Below are positions 1 through 11,918 of a DNA stretch of 64,000 bases, one piece after another. The translations under genes and the position numbers were made by a program. This stretch comes from Camelus ferus (taxonomy: Eukaryota), in NCBI RefSeq assembly GCF_009834535.1, contig NC_045697.1:28894001-28958000 (forward strand), given 5' to 3'. The notes below the pieces were generated by a model. It was not told the DNA's origin and searched no databases. It saw only the letters and a program-made list of their open reading frames with translations. Each line of letters opens with the position of its first letter. The first letter of the stretch is position 1.

Positions 1-1240
1 CTGGAGTAAAAATTACCTTCAGGTTTTTTTCCTTTAATGCAGTGTAGAAATTGATTTCAGGATTTTTGTGACAGTAAGTAAATGCGATTAATCTGTGATT
101 TTCTATTCCTGTGTTATTTTTGTCAGATTTTGGTATCGGAGTTTTCCTTGGTATTAGGCTTAATAAAGGAATCTGGCAAGTATAATGCTCTGGAAAATAT
201 AAATAAATTAGTACCTTGAAGGTTCTGGGGTTGCGCCTTTTAGGAAGAAGATTTTTAGAACTTTTTACTCTCTTTAAGGTTACTGCTTTTTTCAGATGTT
301 TGCTTTTTTTTTTTATGAGTCTTTTCTGGTAGTTTCTCTTCTAGAAAATCATAAATTTTACCTGGGCTTTCAAGTTTATTATTGTTAAGTTATATGTAAT
401 CTGCTGTAATAATTAAAAACATTATTTTATATTTGATCATATGCCTTTTTCCTTTCCCAATTTTTTTTTCTGTTCTCTTTGTTTTTGCAGCTTGGCCCTT
501 TTAAAGAACAAGCTCTTAGTTTATTTATCAAAGTCTGTTTTATATTCTCTAATCATTTACTTTTGCTTTTGTTTTTGGTGATTCCTCTTTTTTTTTTTTT
601 TTTTTCTCTTTACAGAGGTACTGGGGATTGAACCCAGGACCTCGTACATACCAAGCACGCACTCTACCACTGAGCTATACACCCCCACCCCTTTCCTTTC
701 TATTTTGATGGTTCCTTTCTCTTAAAATTTATTGATCTATTTTCAACTCTTTGTTTAGTTTCCTTTCAGTCTTTAATAGCAAATATATTTAAGGGTATGA
801 ATTTTTCTCTGTAAAATGTTCTTGATATATATGTAATGTTTCGATTTTGATATATAGTGTTTTCATTTTTATTATTTTTTAAATAATATCTAACTTGGCT
901 TTATTTTCTCATTTGTTCAAGAATTTTTAATTTTCTAAATGGTTTGATGGTTTGGTGATGTGGGGAGTTTATTTTGTTTATACTGTTTATTTTGGTTTTG
1001 TTGCATTGGGGTACAAGAATGCAGCCTGGAAGAGTTCTACTTTTTAGAATTTGAGATTTTCTTTATGATCATGTATAAATATTATATGAAAGTACTTTTC
1101 AAAAATATTCGTTGCTGATTATGCAGAGTTCTAAATATGTCACTTGATTCAAGTTTTTCATGATATTATTTCAATCCAAAATTTCCCTTTTTATTTTTGC
1201 TACCTAAACTACTGTTTTCTTAGAGTTATATGTTAAAATA
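1..1240 (-). mobile_element. Ancient degraded L1 fragment(s), antisense
   Basis: Very T-rich, with remnants such as gattttggtatc...ggt typical of antisense L1 ORF2. Interrupted by the SINE at 588-691. Confidence 0.5.
588..691 (-). mobile_element. tRNA-Ala-derived SINE (camelid vic-1 type)
   Basis: The reverse complement reads GGGGGTGTATAGCTCAGTGGTAGAG...GGTCCTGGGTTCAATCCCCAGTACCTC followed by a poly(A) tail, with Pol III A and B boxes. Confidence 0.85.
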
Positions 1241-2535
1241 CCCCTAGGCACTGGGGGTTAGAAGTGTGGTGCTGGCATGTGGCCACTCTTTTCTGTGGGG
1301 GAACCAGGACAAGAAGGCCTGATGTGGAAAAAACCCAGAGTTGTGGTTCCCCGGGCTAGTTAAAGAGACTGAGTGAGTCCTTCCCTCAGATACCCAGAGT
1401 GATAGGTCAGTCAGGCCCCTCAGGGTAGGTATTATGGTATTAAATGAATACCTCCATTTGTCTGCCAATAGCTAGGTAATCTTCTCAGTTGGCAGTAGTT
1501 CCAGCTTCATCCTGGTAAGAAGGGTAGGTTTGTTCAGTTACTGCAGTATAAGCCTGTGATGTAATCTTCCTGGGCCATGTACTTCTAACAACATCTGTGG
1601 TGGAGACTGGCTTCCAGCCCTGTGAGTGGGCAAGCCAGGTTATTTTAAAGACTAGTTAGGATGTGGATAATTTCTGGTAGCTTCTATCCCCTAGAAACCC
1701 CCATTTGTTGAGCATATGTGGGGCAGCAAGATGAGAATGCTAAAGTGGAACTGGTGGTCCTAGATGGTTCCCCTTCAAGGATTGTCTTCAATAAATTGAA
1801 GAATAGCAAAATATCACACTATTTTAGGTAACTATGTATCACATTTTAAAAATATTCCTTTGTGGTCAGCTCTTCATTATCTGGCCATTGGAAGAAATCA
1901 TAGGCATAAATAGTCTGAAATACTGAGCAGTGTAAAATCACTTACAATTTGCTTTGGAATGAATTTCTTTGGATATGGGGACATAAGTGTAAATTTTTGT
2001 AAGATTTCATATTCCACGTAATGTAGTATCACCATGAAAATATGCCTGAATAATGTAGGGGTGGGAGGTAAGGTAGTGTTTTATTTTTTCCCTTCTGTAT
2101 CTCTGCTTAGAATTTCTTTGACTAGAGCCCACATGGTATAAGTAAAATGTGAAATTTAGCACAATAGAAACTGAAACCATGTGTGAATCCAATAAGGGAC
2201 TTAAGTATAGCTGATAAGATGAAAGAAAGATTTGTGGAAAATCTACCTAGAATAAAAGATAAGAAGATGGGTTAATTATCAACGTGTTACTTTGTGATAT
2301 GCATTTAAAAATTAGTTTTTGAGAGCCTGTAACTTGACACTTTCCCTCTTGTCATTCTTGAATCTTTGAGATATATAATGAGCATTTAATGTTTAAATGT
2401 TTGATGTTTAAAACTTAGAAATGAGCTAGTTCTTCATATTCTTCTAAAATGTTTGAAGGATTGCTTATGTTAATGTTTCCACATAACTTTTATTTTCATT
2501 TATTGATCTTATATTTGTACTTAAACTTTCTACAG

Positions 2536-2674
2536 CTATTCATTAGAACACACAGTGCAATTTCTAAATTGTGTTCTTGATGGAGACCCTGTAAGAACAG
2601 TTGTAGCGCAAGAGTTTGTTCACCAAAATGAGAATGTCGCTTCTCATGCTGCACAGAAGTCTAAAGAGAAAAAG
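2536..2674 (+). CDS. N4BP2: N4BP2 internal coding exon (5th from last): YSLEHTVQFLNCVLDGDPVRTVVAQEFVHQNENVASHAAQKSKEKK
   Basis: Acceptor ctttctacAG at 2534-2535 and donor AAG|gtatag after 2674. 139 nt (1+46 codons), open frame. The peptide matches mammalian NEDD4-binding protein 2 as I recall it. Confidence 0.93.
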
Positions 2675-3014
2675 GTATAGAGCTACTTATTTTTTACAAT
2701 AATGGTAAATGATCGTATATGAAAATGTAATTGGTGTGTTAGATAATTTAATGATTATTTCTTACCATTTTGTGTAGACTGGAAATTTACCTACCTATAG
2801 CCTATTTGGTTTAGAATATCTGTTTGCTCAAAATAATGAATTTATACTGGTTATTTTTTTTTCTTCAGTATCTTTGTGCACAACAAGCATTTAAATTTCT
2901 GTAACTTTTTCTCTGTAGATGACGAAGTAGAGTATGAAACTTAATTGAATAGCAGCGGGGTGGAAATATGATGGGTCTTGGTGTATAAATATGTGGGTGT
3001 GGAAATGTTTAACC

Positions 3015-3860
3015 ATTTGAGTAACGGCTGCCAAACATTTTCCAAAGTGGCTACGTTATTTTACGTTTCCATCAGCAGTGTGTAAGGGTTTATTACAATT
3101 TCTCCACATCCTCTCTGACACTTATCATCTGCCTTTTTGATTATAGACATCCTGGTGGGTGTGAAGTTGTTTTACGGGTCCTGGGGTTTGTTTTAATCAG
3201 GTTTGGTAAGACATGCAGACGTGGAAATGCCAAGAAGGAAGGCTTTTATTATACTCACAGATCCCTAGAAATATGAGGCCTGCCACCCAAAGATACATGA
3301 GGAAGCACCAGGGTCTGGGAGACAGAGGGAGCACAGGGGGAAATGTGGGCAAGAGCCTCTTTTGTGGTTTCTGTGGGAAGGAATGGACAAAGCAGGATAA
3401 TAAACAGGTATAAGATTGGCTAATTTGAATAATTTCAGCAGGCTCAGGGGCATAGGAGCTGTCCCTAGTTTTTGGGTACCTGCTTCAGTGATTAGGGTAC
3501 GTGAATGGTGACCCAGAGAGTGAGAGCCCCTTAAAGGAGGTGGTTGGGTGTATGGGCTCTAGGTTGCATAGTTTGCATATGTAAGGTGTGCCAACAGGCA
3601 GGTTATTTCCTGTTTCTAGGAATTAGCTACCCCAAGATGGGGGGTGGGCACTGTGTTTCCAGGGGAGCAAGACCCCAGATGTCAAAGCATCAGAATACAG
3701 GAAATAAAAGACAGTTAATTCAGACGTGCTATCTCATTGTGATTTTGATTTTATTTCCCTGATGACTGATGATGATGAGCATCTTTTCAGGTGCTTATTA
3801 GCCTTTTGTATATTTTTTTGAAGAAATGTCTCTTTATATCCACTGTCCATTAAAATTGAA
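3015..3860 (-). mobile_element. L1 (L1M) ORF2 3' fragment split by a solo LTR
   Basis: ttccaaagtggct...ccatcagcagtgtgtaagggtt on the left and tatctcattgtgattttgattt...gagcatcttttc on the right join into contiguous antisense L1 across 3168-3722. Confidence 0.8.
3168..3722. mobile_element. Solo LTR, probably ERVL class (MER76/MER68-like)
   Basis: TG...CA termini, 555 bp, 5-bp TSD gaagt (3163-3167) / gacgt (3723-3727). Confidence 0.75.
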
Positions 3861-5493
3861 AAAAAAAACTGTAGTTGTGTGAATTTTTTTTTTTATGACT
3901 TAGACTATTTGGTTCACAAATCTTAAAATACTGTCTTTGATATCTCAGGACCTTAAGGGACCAGAGATACTAAGGGGAGTATCATAATACCCATAATATT
4001 TTGATTTATCTGTTTTGTTCAAGAAACTAACATTTTTAAAAAATGTTTAAACGTTTCATTAGTACTACTACTTTTTCCCTTTAGCATTTAATAAAATGTA
4101 CAAGTTTGTTACCATAGGAAATGGTTTTGATATTACACTACATCATGCTTTCAAGAGAATAAGTGGCACTAATTAGGTGAATTCTTAGGAAGTATGTATT
4201 TCACTTGGCCTTTGTTAGTGAAGTTAGTTACAGTAGACCACATCTCTATGAAAGAGATAAAAAATAAATCTTGGTTTTATTTTAAAAGAGAATAGCTATT
4301 TGATAAAGTATCTCTTATTATATACTGTTTTTTCTTTTCTTAAAAGCAAGAAATGAGAGATTTCTTCCCAGAGAACCAAATGTGATTTGCATTTTTCAGT
4401 ATGAATACCAGCAGAGAGAGATTTTAAGGCTATGAAATATTTATGTTCATAGTGTTAGGCACCATGGGCTTTTCAAAGGTCATAAAAAGCATTTTTATTA
4501 TCCCCTCCCTGCAAAGCCTTTGATTTTATCAGAGATGCAAACCATATAATCGTAGAATATTTAAACATTAATATGAAGGAAGTATGTGAAAGAAGCTGGT
4601 GAGAGTGACATAAGGATGCAGGTTCTGTGCAGATTCTGTGTGAGAGAGAGCCTTGTGTTCTTTCACATAATAAGCTGGGTATTTGTTGCAAAAATAAATA
4701 GACTATACATTTACAGATTTTTACTCTGGTAATGAGTTAGGAATATGGTGATACCTTTATTTACTCTTTTCTGTTTTGTGGAGAACATTGAAGCTACATT
4801 GCATAATTATTATTTTCATTACCTCGTGTTTTAAATTAGAGTGAGTTTAGCTTTTTTAATTTAAGGGTCCATTTTGGACAACAACTGCTTGATGGATGAT
4901 TTTTCAGAAATCTCAAAAAGTCAACACTACCTTAGTGGCTAGTTGGTAGTCAGCTGATTGAAAACTGCCCCATAAACCTACTTATGATTTTTACTAACTA
5001 CCAGGCATGGTCATTCCATATGCCTGTCTGTCTTTAAATATATATATATACATTATACAGTTACCTTATTAGTTGTTTTTAAAAAAAATATAAATTGAAA
5101 TATGCCATCACTTCCTTCAATGACTGGCCTGACCCTTTGAATGCGTTTACAAACTAAAATTTGGAAAATATTGCATTAAATAAATGAGTTTTATCCTTTG
5201 AATATCTTATATTCTCTCTTTTGGCTTGACCTACTTATATTTTATAATTTTAGAGAAATTTTCAACATCTTCTAAGCTAAGAGTGGTTAAAGAAGGGGTA
5301 CCCTAATGACAAGAAAACATTAATGGTAGTCACTAAGTGCATGACTTACTGGGTAGACACTGGGATAGTTTGTCTGTTTTCTGAGAAGAAAGGTAAAAAA
5401 TAGTAGAGCCCAGTTTTCATATACGTTTTCTGAAGTAAAGCTTGTGTTTTTCTACTTTCTTTTATATTTTTCTTACTGTGTAACATTGTACAG

Positions 5494-5682
5494 GTAAAGA
5501 AATTGAAAGAGACTGAAGATACACCAAACGAACCATCTTTCCAGGATTTTGAGTACCCAGAGTACGATGACTACAGGGCGGAGGCGTTCCTGCACCAGCA
5601 GAAGAGAATGGAATGCTACAGCAAGGCAAAGGAAGCCTATCGGATGGGGAAGAAGAACGTGGCCACGTTTTATGCCCAGCAG
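5494..5682 (+). CDS. N4BP2: N4BP2 coding exon (DUF1771 region): VKKLKETEDTPNEPSFQDFEYPEYDDYRAEAFLHQQKRMECYSKAKEAYRMGKKNVATFYAQQ
   Basis: Acceptor tgtacAG ending at 5493 and donor CAG|gtaaag after 5682. 189 nt, phase 0-0. Overlaps ORF-track ORF 5503-5730. Confidence 0.95.
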
Positions 5683-6563
5683 GTAAAGAGGAAAACTGAT
5701 TATTTTTTCTTTGTCACTTATGATGTCTGAATAATCTTGAAGCAGATAATACCTCATATTGTGACTAGATTCAGTTATTCTGGGGAATGTAGATTATATA
5801 AGTGATATATAAAGTATCCTAATAAGTGAGAAGTGGTTCTGAGAATTTGACAGTCTACATTTTCTTTTAGTTTGGATTCTCTTATTCAGTACCACTTCTA
5901 AACAGATAGAAATTTTCTGGGGGAAAGGCAGCAGAATGTTAATATTGGCCATCTCAGAGTGGGAGTACAGAGGCCTTGTGCTTTCTATCATGTCTGAATT
6001 TTTAGTAATGTTTCACTTTTATAGTCAGAAAAAGAAAGTTACATTAACATCTTTTTAGGGAAGGAAAATTTCTACCTGGGCTCACTTGGCAGGCTATTAC
6101 AAGAAACCTGACTGATCTCCTTTTTTATTTTTGTGGTTCCGTATAGCTTACTTTTTTAAAAGTATCAAACTTGTATAACCTTGTCAGCAATACTAGCAAA
6201 CCTTGAGGATGACTTCAGAGGTGACTACAAGGTGTTAAGAGGGGTGAGACCCAGGATTATCAAAAGATAAATCAGTGGATTCCTTCTTGAAATGGGTGAT
6301 GTTTAAAGTTTCTCTCTTGTATGATTTTTGGATCAGAGAATAAGTTAGAAATAATGACTTAGTATTTTATGGACTATGTTATTAGTCTACTGAAATTCAC
6401 CTAAATTTTGTTGCATTCTTGCATAGTAGCCCATCACATTATTTAAAGTTTTAGATTTGTTCCCTTTTTGTTCTTCTTTTGTGTGGGGCACTATTTTTTT
6501 CTTCACTGTCTACTAAGTAGCAGATATCAAAAGTGATTACTGGTGATATGTTTGTAATTAAAG

Positions 6564-6732
6564 GGTAGTCTCCATGAGCAGAAGATGAAAGAAGCCAATC
6601 ACCTTGCTGCCGTGGAGATCTTTGAGAAAGTCAATGCCTCCCTGCTGCCACAGAATGTTTTAGACCTCCATGGGCTGCATGTGGATGAGGCTATAGAACA
6701 TTTGACAACAGTTTTACAGCAGAAAACTGAAG
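6564..6732 (+). CDS. N4BP2: N4BP2 coding exon, start of Smr domain: GSLHEQKMKEANHLAAVEIFEKVNASLLPQNVLDLHGLHVDEAIEHLTTVLQQKTE
   Basis: Acceptor attaaAG ending at 6563 and donor AAG|gtagga after 6732. 169 nt, phase 0-1. Contains the Smr DLHG motif. Confidence 0.95.
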
Positions 6733-7424
6733 GTAGGACTGTAGTCATGACAAATTTTCAATAGAAAATATCTTTGCTTGTATTGATATAAGAGAAAATA
6801 TAAGAGCAGTTTAAATACATTATTTAAATTGGAGAAAAGAAAAACTTACACAGGAGTGTTAGAGTATTCTGTCCGTAGAGAATGAGGAAATCATTTACTC
6901 GATAAAAATTTGATTTTCTTCTATATTCTAGACATCAGGGATAAAATAGTGAAAAGGACACATGATCCCTGTCTTTATGGTGTTTGCCATCTAGTAGGAT
7001 AGATGACAGTGAATAAATAGTTACATAAGCATTGTGATAAGAAAGTACAGGTTGCCATGTTTCATTTAGCATAAATTCCCAGATCCCTGCATAACCATTC
7101 TTTGCCTGCCTCTGCATTCTCATCTTGTGTTTTGCTCCTCTTTCTTTTCTGTATGTTTATCTTCACTATCATTTGTTGACCTCCACACTAAGTTAGGCTC
7201 CATATTAATAGCTTCTCATAGTACTCCTATGTATCACAGTATTTATAAAAAGCTTGTTGTATAATTGATGATTAAATGTCTGTCTTTCTGGCAAAGAATT
7301 GAGTCAGTAATGATTATTGAATCATTATTGTATATAGAGCCTTTCATTTAACACTTAAAAACTTCTGGATAAATGACTGAATAAAAAGTAGGCATTCCTC
7401 TCATTTTATAGATAAAGAGACTGA

Positions 7425-8130
7425 TGATTTTAAAAGTTTAATAAAATGGAAAATAATAAGTGCCGGTAAGGTGTAGAGGATGGGAACCTTCATATATTGC
7501 TGGTGGGAATATTAAATGGTGCAACCATTGTGGAAAAGGTTGGTATTCCTTGAAATGTTAAACATGACCCAGCAGTTCTGCTCCTAGGTTTGTACACAAG
7601 AGAATTGAAAACATAATTTATCCATAGCAAAGCTTGTACATGAATGTTCAAAATAACCAAAAAGTGGAAACAACCCAGATGTCTGACTAGCTGATGAATG
7701 GACAAATAAAATGTGGTATATCCATATAATGGAATATAAATCAGCCACAAAAAGGAATGAAATGCTGACACATGTTACAACATGGATAAACCTTGTAAAC
7801 ATTATGTTGTGGGAAAGAAGCCAGATACAAATGGCCACATATATGATTTCCATTTATATGAAATGTCTAAAATAGGCAAATCTATAGAAAAAGAAAGGAC
7901 ATTAATGTTTGCTAGGCCTGGAAAGTAGGGGAATGGAGATTGAATGCTAACAGGCACAGAACTTCTTCTTGAGATGGTGGAATGTTCGGAGTTAGATTGT
8001 GTTGATGGTTGCACAACGTTGTAATATTGATAAATACCACTAAATTGTAAATAAATAAAAATTACTGAATTGTACTTTTTAAAAGCATGAATTTTATGTT
8101 ATGTGAATTTTATCTCAATAGAAAAAAATT
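7425..8130 (+). mobile_element. L1MB/MC-type 3' end
   Basis: gctggtgggaat...aaatggtgcaacc, aaaagtggaaacaaccc, ataggcaaatctatag, ending tatctcaata plus an A-tail. Confidence 0.88.
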
Positions 8131-8389
8131 ATGAAAATGAAAGAGTTAAATAACTTGTGTAGGATGATACTTGGTCAGACTCAAGATACAAAGCTTTTCT
8201 GGAAGCCAAAGTCCATGTTGTGCTTGCTACCTGTGGTAGCCTGTAGTTACTGTCAATTACCACCAGATGGTAGTATTGTTGAACAGAAATGTCAGAGGGG
8301 GGAATCTGTGGCTCTGCCCTGGATTGGTTTTAGTCATAAAAGGTGATTGTCAAAATTGGGGATGAATTTTTTTAAAAAAGATATCTGAC

Positions 8390-8940
8390 CTTTTATGTGT
8401 CTTCTGATTGAAAAATAAACTACCACCACCTATGAAGCTTTTTTGCCTCCAAATAACCAGAAGCAGATAAAGCCTTTAAATCTGACTACTACTTTATATG
8501 GATTTATAGGGAACAGAGGAACATGTTAAATGGCACCATGGGGATACAGTCAGGAAAATCCAAACTGTGAATATCTGGGATAAATGATCTAATTTTTTCA
8601 ACAAATTATAAAAATAAACAAACAAAACAACAACAACAGCAAAAAAAAAAACCAAAAAAAACTTAGGGGTAGGGGAGAACCTTTAGATTAAGTTAAATGT
8701 ATCAGTCAAATGCAATGTGTAGACTTGTTTTGACCTTGATTCAAACAAATCACTGTAAAGACAATTTTTTGAGACTACTGGGGGAAACTTTTAGACATTT
8801 TAAGAAATATATTAAGGAACTACTTTTAATTTTGTAAGATGGTGGTGACACAGTGGTTATTATATATTTTTTTAGAGTCCTTTTTGAAATACATACTGAA
8901 ATATTTACAGTTGATAAGAAATCTGGGATATGCTTAAAAG
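8390..8940 (+). mobile_element. Old L1MC/ME 3'UTR fragment
   Basis: aaatgcaatgtgtagacttg...gattcaaacaaa and gaaatacatactgaaatatttac motifs. A related copy lies at ~21640-22020. Confidence 0.6.
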
Positions 8941-9202
8941 TAAGTTAATAGTTTTTTTTTAAATGTGATAAACAGCAGATAAATAGCTTGAAATTTGGGA
9001 ACATAAGCATATACATTAATTCATTCAGTAAACATCCTTTGAACACCAACTTTGGTTGAGGCATGCAATTCAATTAGAGAACATTTTCAGAGCAGTAAGC
9101 TAACTACTGAAAGGTGAGATGCTATAAATAACTGACTTAACTGATGAGGGGAGCAGTAGAGAAGGAGCGATGAGAGCTGAATTATGGTTAAAGAGATCTA
9201 AG

Positions 9203-9298
9203 TTTGTTTTTTGTTTTTTAATGGAGGTACTAGGGGATTGAACCCAGGACCTCATGCATGCTAAGCATGTGTTCTATCACTGAGCTCTACCCACCCAC
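9203..9298 (-). mobile_element. tRNA-Ala-derived SINE (vic-1 type)
   Basis: Same A/B-box head as the copy at 588-691, with an A-rich tail (T-rich on the + strand). Confidence 0.85.
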
Positions 9299-10501
9299 AA
9301 GGTTGGTTGTGGGGCTGTTTTTTTTAGTAACCTTTTATTTGAAATATCACATTCATAAAGAACAATGCACAAATAAGAATTATGTAGTGTAAAAGATTTT
9401 TACAAAGTGAATACCTTTGTTTAGTCATCACTCAGAGTTGAATTTTGAACAAAATATTGCTTGAAGTTATGCATATGGATTAGAGTAGAAGTGGAAGTCT
9501 TAAGCAAAGAAATAATTAGAAGTCCAAGAACAATATATTTGCTTAAAACTTCAGGCTAAATATTGCCCTGGAGATATGATACTTGAAAAACAATCTGTGG
9601 ATCTGCTGGAGGTCTTAGGGCAACTTAATGAGCAGAATATGGAATGTTTGTGTGTATATGTATTTTATGCTTAAGGTCAAAACTTGTACTATTTATAACC
9701 GAGGAACAAGAATCTATTGAATTCATTAAATCAACTCTTATTATTAACAGATTTTTTTTGTTGTTATGTTATTGTAGCTGTTTTTGACCTTCAGGATTTA
9801 TATACTTGATTTCCACAAGCAGGAGCTGTGGTCTTTCAAGAGGCTCAGGTTCATTTGATATTTTAAAATCATCTATTTGGAATAGTTTTCATAAGTTAAC
9901 AATCGATTATCTTTAACAGTAAGACTGCAGTTCATGCTATAATGAGTGGATTTGCTAATGGCTATTCCTGAGGGTGCTATTCTATAAAGCAATAGCTTTA
10001 TGCCTCATTTTACTGATAAGGGAATAGGCACAGATAGACAGAGTATTTATCGATGGTCCTATTACACAGTCATTTACTGGCAGAGCTGCTAACCAGACCA
10101 AAGCTGGCTGGCTTCAGAATATTTAGTTAATCAGATTGTTGTGAAGATTCTTAGTTAATAAGTCACTTAACGCATGCCTGAATCCATGTGTGTAATAATT
10201 GTTAGATATTATTAATATTATTGTTGTCATCATTATTTCAGAGAGAAATTCTGGTAGCACACAGACATTCTCTCCCCACAGAAGAAGTTCTACTTATGTC
10301 TGTAGGTAGATGAATTGCTATCAGGCTTCCATCCTCAAAGCGTAGATGAAACATACATTAAAAACATTCATTTGGGGGCTTTTTGAAATTGTAAATCTCT
10401 AAATCCTCATGAAAATATCTCATGTGTTTGAGTAAAGGTTTGTTTTCTCTTAAGAATATAGGATAAATTAATTTTACCTGTTCCAATTCCTTTTGTAACA
10501 G

Positions 10502-10625
10502 AATTTAAGCAGAACAGTGGCAAGCCCTATCTCTCTGTGATTACGGGGAGAGGAAACCATAGCCAGGGAGGAGTTGCTCGCATCAAACCAGCCGTCATCA
10601 AATACCTCACAAGCCATAGCTTCAG
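10502..10625 (+). CDS. N4BP2: N4BP2 penultimate coding exon, Smr domain: (E)FKQNSGKPYLSVITGRGNHSQGGVARIKPAVIKYLTSHSF(R)
   Basis: Acceptor ttttgtaacAG ending at 10501 and donor CAG|gtgagt after 10625. 124 nt, phase 1-2. Contains the Smr ITGRGxHS motif. Confidence 0.96.
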
Positions 10626-11872
10626 GTGAGTATAGATTTCTGTGGATCATTGCAATTGCCCATATACAGATAGTAAACACGAATAATATGCTAGGAGCGG
10701 TTTGTTAAAATAGTTAACTAAATTTAACTATCTGATTTTAGCCACAAATTCATGCTTAAATTATGATATAACATTCCCTGCTGGATCTATGATGTCCAGG
10801 AAACCCAAAATGAAAGACAGATGTGTTTCTTGTTGAAGTAATCATGTGACAAAACTATCTCTATCATAAGTTTAAAATCTAAAAAAGGAAAAAAATGTAA
10901 AAGAAAATAAGTATATTTGTATTTTTTGATAATGTATTATTCAAGATATAATTAGATTATACATATTATCGTTTAAGGTTACTGTTTAATTCCTTTGAAG
11001 GGAAACATGTTTGTGGATTTTGGAAAAAATTGAGGCTTCTGCTAAAATACGGTTATAATTTGAATATAATTAAGCTTTAGTGGTAATCTCCCGTCAATTA
11101 TGAATTTGTACACCTTTATAAATTAAATACCATTAATGGTCTTAGCTGACAAACATGAAATGTCCTTTTTTATTAAGAGATTATTATTTAGTAACAGCAA
11201 ATGACAAGAAAAGTCCAAGAATAAAAATTTGTTGATGGATAGATTCCCTGAAGATATATATCATTATATCTCTTATTTTTGGTTTTAGTTAATGTAGCAT
11301 ATTTTGTTTATGCCCTGTAATTAAATACTGGCTACATTATAGAAAATGGTATATGTATTCTGAGCATGAAAACAGATGACATTTCAGAGTTATTTTTACA
11401 AAAGTAGTAGTTAGACCAGAACATTATCATATTGGGATTAATGATCTATTTTAGAGACTAGTGTTTCTTTAAATTTCACACTGAGAGAGTTGAGAGCACT
11501 TCATGGCCTAAAAAATCAGACTTACCTATCAGAAGTTTCTTCTTGGTACTGACACAGTGCATGGAAGTAATGTAATGCAGACATTGACTTACCCTTCTTA
11601 CAGCATGCTCTTCTTCATTCAGGCTTGAGAATTTAAAAAATCTTAAGTTGTAATAAGCACTAAGTTAGGAGTAACCCTCAGCCTTAGACTTGTATTTAAT
11701 TTGATAATAGATTAGAAGGAACATAAGTATAGATAATGGCCCTGGGTGTGACTTAACAGAGAGTACTTTGATAATAAATGTTTTTTAGTGTAGGTTCTTG
11801 GAATTGATTACAGGATATATTTATCAGTTTGAAATTTTTGTCTTTAAAATACCTCTTTTCTCATTTCTGCAG

Positions 11873-11918
11873 GTTCTCTGAAATTAAACCAGGGTGCTTG
11901 AAAGTCATGCTAAAGTAA
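11873..11918 (+). CDS. N4BP2: N4BP2 terminal coding segment: (R)FSEIKPGCLKVMLK-stop
   Basis: Strong acceptor ctcttttctcatttctgcAG ending at 11872. Phase fits the previous exon. TAA at 11916-11918. Confidence 0.95.

Noticed and set aside
5503..5730. Stand-alone 75-aa gene
   Set aside because: It is an internal N4BP2 exon read through into the intron, and the apparent start is a TTG codon.
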